DNA of 62,940 bases, the filler included, from Octopus bimaculoides (lineage: Eukaryota), in assembly GCF_001194135.2 (NCBI RefSeq). It is 6 parts of 6 records of this genome, joined end to end, with 100 filler letters (N's around TTAATTAATTAA, not from the genome) between each part and the next. Parts side by side here need not be neighbours in the genome. Positions count along the whole stretch, not along the records: positions 49,490 to 57,341 come from NC_068983.1; positions 57,442 to 62,940 come from NC_068981.1; 4 more parts are not named here. The stretch is one strand, 5' to 3'. Numbering within the stretch: position 1 is the first letter of the stretch; each line of letters starts with the position of its first letter. The notes under the pieces are model-generated. The model was not told where the DNA came from. It saw only the letters and a program-made list of their open reading frames with translations, and ran no database searches. The translations under genes and the position numbers were made by a program. Positions 54,595 to 62,940 of this stretch are shown piece by piece.

Positions 54595-56777
54595 GAGTGT
54601 GTGTGTGTGTGCATTTGTCTATAAGGGAAGCGGTTTTTCTTTTAAATGTAATATGCTTTGTTCTAATTTGATTCTTTTTATAAGATTTTCGGTTTTATAA
54701 ATTAGNNNNNNNNNNNNNNNNNNNNNNNNNNNNNNNNNNNNNNNNNNNNNNNNNNNNNNNNNNNNNNNNNNNNNNNNNNNNNNNNNNNNNNNNNNNNNNN
54801 NNNNNNNNNNNNNNNNNNNNNNNNNNNNNNNNNNNNNNNNNNNNNNNNNNNNNNNNNNNNNNNNNNNNNNNNNNNNNNNNNNNNNNNNNNNNNNNNNNNN
54901 NNNNNNNNNNNNATATATATATATATATATATAAGCTATTTATAAGGATTCAGTTAGCCGGAATCAATAAATAATACTCTGAACATTGAATATAAAGTCC
55001 TAATCTTTATGTAAGAGAGTTAAGCTCTTGGAAAATCTTAATTGTTTAATTTAAAAAGCAATATCATAGAGCGAGATTATTGCGTTACTGAATATGTTGC
55101 CTAAAAACATATGGAAAGAAACGTCCAGCTCTTCTAAAAAGTAATTAAAAAATCATTACCATTTAACAAAAGCTTACATATGAAATTGGCGCATATGGGG
55201 AAAATAACAACACTTACAATATAAGAATGTATTATAAAATATCGGATGGAGAACTCAAGTAAATATGAATTATCTGTGATTGCAAGCTAGAAATATATAT
55301 TTGAAAAGAAAGACATCTTTCTTGTGAAGAACGAGGAAGGATGTACATTACGAGAGGTAACTGTAAGAAGTGTTTTAGATATGAAAAATTTAGGTAGTAT
55401 TAAACATTTAAATAAATAAACGAATTTACATGATTATGGCATATGATGCTAATGTAAACGATAGCAAAAAGAATAATTGCGTGGTGGAGGAGGAAACTAA
55501 CTTGGGAATGATACGATGTGATTTGGTGGAGTATTAAAAGATTAGCTAAAATATGAACCGTTTATATTACTAAGACCTTTCCTTGGGATGGGTAGACAAA
55601 ACTGAGTTAAGTAAAATGCACCGGAACCGCATACATTCATGCACACACATATATCCCTTCACACGCACACACATACCTGCACAAGCATATACACACATAT
55701 ATTTATAAGAAACTAGTAAATCGTGTCATCAACGTTTCTCCGTTCATGAGCTTCTTTACAAATGCATAACAGAGTCAAGAACTGTAGTATATAAACTATG
55801 AATGCGCTGTCAACCATTCCTGCGTAAAAATTTACGAAATCCTTCAATTTAAAGCCCTCAGCCTACACTTCATTGCATCACTGTGTTTTTATATAATTAT
55901 GAATAAAAATAAAGTTATATCTGTGTGTGCATCTACACGCTTACACAAACACACACACCTATATATGTATATATGTATGTACATATATTTCCCCACGACA
56001 ATTTTCCAATTCTACGTTCGCATTACATAAAGAACAACCGTCTGTTCACTTATTTGCTCCGTACCCATTATTTATATCCAAATCACGGGGATAATTTTCT
56101 TCTACCCGTTACTACCGCTCTTACAAGTGCAGGTACATTCATATCAAGCAACAACCAAGGCATTTATGTATCTAATATCTGTAAAAATCCACACAATATA
56201 TAATTTGTAAGAATATAGACATCTATANNNNNNNNNNNNNNNNNNNNNNNNNNNNNNNNNNNNNNNNNNNNNNNNNNNNNNNNNNNNNNNNNNNNNNNNN
56301 NNNNNNNNNNNNNNNNNNNNNNNNNNNNNNNNNNNNNNNNNNNNNNNNNNNNNNNNNNNNNNNNNNNNNNNNNNNNNNNNNNNNNNNNNNNNNNNNNNNN
56401 NNNNNNNNNNNNNNNNNNNNNNNNNNNNNNNNNNNNNNNNNNNNNNNNNNNNNNNNNNNNNNNNNNNNNNNNNNNNNNNNNNNNNNNNNNNNNNNNNNNN
56501 NNNNNNNNNNNNNNNNNNNNNNNNNNNNNNNNNNNNNNNNNNNNNNNNNNNNNNNNNNNNNNNNNNNNNNNNNNNNNNNNNNNNNNNNNNNNNNNNNNNN
56601 NNNNNNNNNNNNNNNNNNNNNNNNNNNNNNNGAAGTTTTAGATAAGTTCTCCACCGATAATGGTGCTTACATACCGATGGGCTTGGTAAAAATTGTTAAT
56701 TGTTGATTTATTAATAAATTAATAAATTGATAAATCTTTACCCTTTTAATTTATATATATATATATATATATATATA

Positions 56778-57096
56778 TGCAGGGGCGTAGCTTAGTTAGG
56801 GCATTCAGCTCACGAACGTATGATCGTGAGTTCAATTCCCGGCGACGTGTTGTGTCTTTGAGCAAGACACTTTATTTCACGTTGTTCCAGTCCATTCAGC
56901 TGGCAAAAATGAGTAGTACCTGTATTTCAAAAGGCCAGCCTTGTCACACCCTGTGTCACGCTGAACCTCCCTGAGAACTACGGTAGGGGTACACGTGTCT
57001 GTGGAGTGCTGAGCCATTTGCACGTAAATCTCACGAGCATGCTGTTCTGTTGATCGTATCAGCTGGGACTCACGTCGTCGTAACCGACGGAGTGCT
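56778..57096 (+). mobile_element. tRNA-derived SINE family D (CORE-like domain)
   Basis: tRNA head with GAGTTCAATTCC, then CTTTGAGCAAGACACTTTATTTCAC...CAGCTGGCAAAAATGAGTA, then a tail shared with 31827-32207. Related heads and cores lie at 11888-12042 and 25385-25540. Confidence 0.8.
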
Positions 57097-57118
57097 CCTA
57101 ATTGCATTATATATATAT

Positions 57119-57341
57119 ATTCAAGAGTGTCTTCACCTCTCCTCTGAGTCACATGCAGATAAAGAACCCAGCTGATTTCTTTGACAGTAGCACTCAGCAG
57201 AAGGAGACTGCATCCATTACCTACATCGACATTGAAGAGGAAGATGTGATAGCTGCCATAAATGAAATGAGCTCAAATTCGGCAACTGGCCCCGATGGTT
57301 TCCCAGCTGTCCTCTTAAAGTCGTGTAAACAAGAATTAGCA
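57119..57341 (+). mobile_element. CR1/L2-type LINE ORF2 fragment (EN-RT tether), intact frame, cut by an assembly join
   Basis: FKSVFTSP...IDIEEEDVIAAINEMSSNSATGPDGFPAVLLKSCKQELA matches the classic F.SVFT...GPDG.P..LLK.C..ELA pre-RT motif. Confidence 0.85.
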
Positions 57342-57928
57342 NNNNNNNNNNNNNNNNNNNNNNNNNNNNNNNNNNNNNNNNNNNNTTAATTAATTAANNN
57401 NNNNNNNNNNNNNNNNNNNNNNNNNNNNNNNNNNNNNNNNNGTGTGAGGGCGCGTATGTATGTTTGTCATGTATGTGGGCGGTATATGTATGTGGGCGGT
57501 ATATATGTAAGGTGTGTGGGTATGTGTGCGTGTAGGTAGTGGTGAGATAAAAAGTGGAAAAAAGTGTAATAACAAGAGAATAATGGATATAATGTAAGGG
57601 GGACGAGGGGGGGGTTAAAAAAAAAATTATGTAAAGTGTTGCAAGGACGTAAAGGGGAGAGTCATAAGGAAGAGAAGGCTGTGTTGAGTCCGAAGGGGAA
57701 ATATATATACACACTTATAAGTGTAAACTGTATATAACTGTTGCTGTTGTTGTTGTCGTAGTTGCTGTTCTCAAGGAGGAATTTGATAGAGTGTAGTGGA
57801 AAATTCTTTTACTAGGGAATCAATCAGGAAGCATCATATTAACTTCCTCCTTTACATCTGAAAATCCAGGCTATTTACCCCCAGGCCATTCCTTCACAAG
57901 ACACACACACACACACACACACACACAT

Positions 57929-57967
<39 letters not shown>

Positions 57968-58088
57968 CACACATACACACACAAACTCTTGCGAATTTCC
58001 GTTTGAGTAACGACGAAAATCTAAAAACTTTAAAGTATTCGTTGCATAAAGGAGTGGATATGCTCATTAAATAATAATGATGATGATG

Positions 58089-58119
<31 letters not shown>

Positions 58120-58135
58120 CAACAACAACAACAAC

Positions 58136-58176
<41 letters not shown>

Positions 58177-58999
58177 GAGTAATAATAAAATGACCCTTGC
58201 AAGACCGTTCTGATNNNNNNNNNNNNNNNNNNNNNNNNNNNNNNNNNNNNNNNNNNNNNNNNNNNNNNNNNNNNNNNNNNNNNNNNNNNNNNNNNNNNNN
58301 NNNNNNNNNNNNNNNNNNNNNNNNNNNNNNNNNNNNNNNNNNNNNNNNNNNNNNNNNNNNNNNNNNNNNNNNNNNNNNNNNNNNNNNNNNNNNNNNNNNN
58401 NNNNNNNNNNNNNNNNNNNNNNNNNNNNNNNNNNNNNNNNNNNNNNNNNNNNNNNNNNNNNNNNNNNNNNNNNNNNNNNNNNNNNNNNNNNNNNNNNNNN
58501 NNNNNNNNNNNNNNNNNNNNNNNNNNNNNNNNNNNNNNNNNNNNNNNNNNNNNNNNNNNNNNNNNNNNNNNNNNNNNNNNNNNNNNNNNNNNNNNNNNNN
58601 NNNNNNNNNNNNNNNNNNNNNNNNNNNNNNNNNNNNNNNNNNNNNNNNNNNNNNNNNNNNNNNNNNNNNNNNNNNNNNNNNNNNNNNNNNNNNNNNNNNN
58701 NNNNNNNNNNNNNNNNNNNNNNNNNNNNNNNNNNNNNNNNNNNNNNNNNNNNNNNNNNNNNNNNNNNNNNNNNNNNNNNNNNNNNNNNNNNNNNNNNNNN
58801 NNNNNNNNNNNNNNNNNNNNNNNNNNNNNNNNNNNNNNNNNNNNNNNNNNNNNNNNNNNNNNNNNNNNNNNNNNNNNNNNNNNNNNNNNNNNNNNNNNNN
58901 NNNNNNNNNNNNNNNNNNNNNNNNNNNNNNNNNNNNNNNNNNNNNNNNNNNNNNNNNNNNNNNNNNNNNNNNNNNNNNNNNNNNNNNNNNNNNNNNNNN

Positions 59000-59038
<39 letters not shown>

Positions 59039-60892
59039 TCATCTCCATCTCTATGTGTGTGTGTATTTGTGCGTGTCTGTGGAAAGAGAGAATGAGTGAG
59101 TGAGTGAGTGAGTGAGACAGACAGACAGACAGAGAAGGAGACAGAGAGCGTGAATGAGAGAGACAGACAGAGAGGGAGAGAGAGAGCGTGAGTGAATGAG
59201 TGAGTGAGTGAGTGAATGAGTGAGTGAGGGAGTGAGAGTGAGAGAGAGAGTGAGAATAGATATGTGGATCCGAATCTTTATACAAATATCTTTTGCGTTA
59301 TGAGATGGCGCTTTCCGAAAATGTTGCTGTCTTATAAAATTTCAAAATGCAAAAATTTATTTTCCCATAGATTTCTACGTTATGTGTCCCAACGAGACAT
59401 TTTTCGAAAATAAATAAATAAATAAGTAAATAAATAAATAAATAAAAATGAAATAAAAAATTAGAAATAAACCCCAGTTTTATAACAATTTCTAAGCAAT
59501 AAGGAGTATTGTATGTTTGCATAAATATTTCTGTGAGGAGAAATTCCTGAGGGAATATAAAAGAATGCAGTAGTAATATTGTAGCAGATTACGTATTCAC
59601 AGTAAAAGATGTTGCCTGTAGTTGATGGGAAAGGGTGAAATTAGAGCACTGGGAGGAAATGGGATGCTGTCTTTTGCCCGGTAGAGACATCAGCTGCTAG
59701 TTCAGAACAACTAAATCCAAGTTGTTTATAACCTGTTTCATACTGAATTTAGCTCATTTTGAAATCTTCTTCTTGTTTAAATCACGACTTGCTGACATTT
59801 TTTTCTTCAAATAGCAATATTTTGCCCATATTGTTTACAGTCAACTGTTGACGATTGGGTGGAATATCCATAAACACAACTAGCTCGGCAGCTTGTTCTT
59901 TAAAAAAATTTAATCAATGTGTGTGCGTGTGTGCATGTGTGTCTGTGTATGTGTGTGTGTCTGTGTATGTCTGTGTGTGTGTATTAATATCTATACATGA
60001 TGACCGCTTTCTCGTTCTTGAGAATAGCCATCTCTTGAAGCATTTCAGAATCAGCCTTTTGTATAAGTAACACAGGAGTGAAGCGTTGTAATGTTCATGT
60101 TATAAAGCTGTTGTTCCTTCGCAGCAGGTGCAGATCTTTCAGGACGTGCTGTTGATCTATTTACCTAGAAGAGTTTAGATTTGCAGTAGCCGATATTGAT
60201 AGGCTTATATGTATTTTCTCATAGTCCCAGGATGACCACCGGGCCTGGACTTCGGTCCTCCACGACACCTGCCAGGCTAAACTCTTTGACAGTTCGTTTC
60301 AGAGCCTCTATTGCCACTGACTGCATCATTGTTATAAATTCTATTAGCCTTCATTGAATGTAATTTACCTTTTGATGTTATGGCCAGTCTATAAAAGAAG
60401 GAAGGAAAAGTGAATGACGAGGGTGCTGCCTGTATGCCAAGCGATACTTGTTCATGATGCTTTGTAAAATGAAAAGGGACCTTGCACAAAACCAGTGAAG
60501 AGAGACATTGCACAAAGCCAGTCTCACTCTCTGAACAACGACGACAGATACCCCCAAAAGAACAAGTCAACATCTTTGGCTGCCATCAAGTTGCAAGTTT
60601 TACATCAGTTTTCATTTTTATTGAGTGTTGTCCTAACAAGGACCAAGGGTCTCTCACTGCCATTAATGTGGTAAAAACCATGCCTACATTTTCATTTACA
60701 TTTTTTTGTTTATTGCTGACTGAACCTGTTATGCCAGTACATTGCTGAAAACGTGTCCATCCACCGAGCAGCCACTGTTTTCGGTACCATAACAGGTTGC
60801 TGCAAGAACTACCATTGTCCATGAAAAATAGCAGGATTTTGCCTGTGTACACAGTATCGGATGGCCTTTGGCTTTCATGATCTCATCCATCC

Positions 60893-60950
<58 letters not shown>

Positions 60951-61750
60951 TACAAAAAGAGGGAAATAGGAACTGAAAAAATTCCAAGCGCCACCTACCT
61001 CAGCACATAGTCTATGTGATAAACCAGGCTAACAGAATGTCCATTGAAGTGTACAGCAATCCATATGGGTCAGATATACCATGTGACAGGTACAAACTGT
61101 AAATACGAGGTTATTCAGCAATTGATAATTTGGTACATTATTCACAGAGTATAATAGCAATCACACAAATAATGAAGACTTATAGTCGTACACATTGGCT
61201 CGGGCAAGAAATTTGCTTAGGGGGTGCAAACCCAGGCCCAAAAGTTATTACAAAGAAGGTCATGTGTTTTTATTTATTTCATGTCTCTCGACTTTGTTTT
61301 CCTCATACATTTTAATAATTTCATTACAATTATATTGAAAAAATATCTCGGAGGACTATTTCACCCTTTCCAGAAAATTCTGGGAAGGAAATCTTTGTTG
61401 AAAGTGGAATGCAATGTTGTTAAAAGAGCCTCAGAATTTTCTTTTTTCAACATAATTGTAATTAAATCATTAAAACAAGAGGAAACAAAATCAAAATGCA
61501 TGAAATACCCGTCCTCTCACCATTTTTTCCACATTAAATTTTCATATAATCGTAATCTAAACCATTTGAAAGTCATTTGTAGACTATTCACTGAACAGTG
61601 AATAGTATTAAACGAATAAAGGATTCAATGGGAAATTAGACTTAACATATCAGAAAAATTAAACGAATTGGGAATTGAATGTGTAAATATAACCGAAGAA
61701 GTAGCAGAAAACAACCTGCAGGGTGGTCTTTCCGCTAGTATATATAATTT

Positions 61751-62073
61751 CATTCGAGTTTACCTTATTAAGTTTGCCTTCATTAGAGTTTACCTTATTA
61801 AGTTTGCCTTCATTAAAGTTTACCTTATTAAGTTTGCCTTCATTAGAGTTTACCTTATTAAGTTTGCCTTCATTAGAGTTTACCTTATTAAGTTTGCCTT
61901 CATTAGAGTTTACCTTATTAAGTTTGCCTTCATTAGAGTTTACCTATTAAGTTTGCTTTCATTAGAGTTTACCTTATTAAGTTTGCCTTCATTAGAGTTT
62001 ACCTTATTAAGTTTGCCTTCATTAGAGTTTACCTTATTAAGTTTGCCTTCATTAGAGTTTACCTTATTAAGTT
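61751..62073. repeat. 30-bp minisatellite, ~10.8 copies
   Basis: Unit CATTAGAGTTTACCTTATTAAGTTTGCCTT, almost invariant, with a 1-bp deletion near 61945. Confidence 0.97.
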
Positions 62074-62873
62074 CATCTATGTGTACAGTTTACCAGACTG
62101 ACAGTAGTCCGAAGATTTTTGTCTTATCAAAGACATGCCTGAAAATCCACAAGTACCGGCAGAGTTTTTTTTTTTTTTTTTAGAAACAGGAAGAATAGAG
62201 TAAGCAACTCCTCTTCTTACATCTATTTACAATTGTTTAATTTAAATTCGATTTCTATGCTATCCAATAATATATGCAACAATTTATTCATGAGGTCTTG
62301 AACCCAACTCATCAGAATTATGTATAAAATTCATTTGTTGTAGATACTTGAATTTATGCTCACATTGAGTTAGGCATGTTTACATGATTACATTTTGCAT
62401 ATGAAGAGTGAATCAAAACGAAACAAACCACTGATTTATATTATCCAGTGAAGAAGAAGGGTGAATAAAAAAAAAAAGAATAGAAAAATAACCGGGATAA
62501 TGAGGACTGAAATGTTTTATTAGGGCATGTTATAAATTATAGGCCTGTTTCAATCCCCCAAAAATGCTTTATATCAATGTTCTTCAATAACGTTCACGTC
62601 GTGAGGTATGTTTTCTTCTGTCAGCCGTTTAGAAAAAGAGGTTGTAAATTATTGATAATTCAAGTATATGCAACAAATGAATTATATATATAATTTTGAT
62701 GAGTTGGAGTAGAGGCCTCATGAATAAATTGCTGCGTATTTTATTGCATAATATGGCAGTATTCATGAGATCAAATTTCAATGAAACACTTGTAAACTAA
62801 CGTAATAAAAGGACTTCCTTTATTATTCTATTGTCATTGTTAGTAATCATTATATGTATATATATTACACACA

Positions 62874-62907
<34 letters not shown>

Positions 62908-62940
62908 TGCACACACACACATACACACATATATTCATAT

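Noticed and set aside
54950-55560. Possible very old RTE fragment
   Set aside because: Only a faint GR.K.TW-like echo is present, too decayed to call.
61751-62073. Regular ~30-bp repeat as a possible CRISPR array or repeat protein
   Set aside because: The units are directly adjacent with no spacers, the context is eukaryotic, and the open frames follow from the unit length.

Overview
AT-rich animal genomic DNA, about 13% N-gaps, saturated with (TA)n, (CA)n, (TATG)n, (AAT)n and (GA)n microsatellites. The repeat style is most consistent with an octopus or other coleoid cephalopod; this is inferred from the sequence, not searched. No host protein-coding gene can be confidently identified, and almost all ORFs in the supplied track are microsatellite or N-gap artefacts. 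The recognisable content is transposable elements. There is a nearly intact Penelope-like retroelement reverse transcriptase (14144-15729, minus; YRDD, Naiad-like N-terminus, two in-frame stops). A Penelope-type terminal repeat carries a minimal hammerhead-ribozyme fold (40715-40751, minus). R4/Dong non-LTR elements sit in (TAA)n tracts. There are also RTE and CR1/L2 LINE fragments, a decayed Tc1/mariner transposase, hAT-like MITE ends and at least 25 copies of several modular tRNA-derived SINE families. Structures not explained by these include a 33-bp-arm hairpin, a 57-bp-arm inverted repeat, a 30-bp minisatellite, a decayed coding-like island and a few candidate small exons. The five TTAATTAATTAA islands inside N-runs are assembly linkers. 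I found no clearly novel biological system; the best leads are the Penelope/hammerhead and microsatellite-targeting observations.
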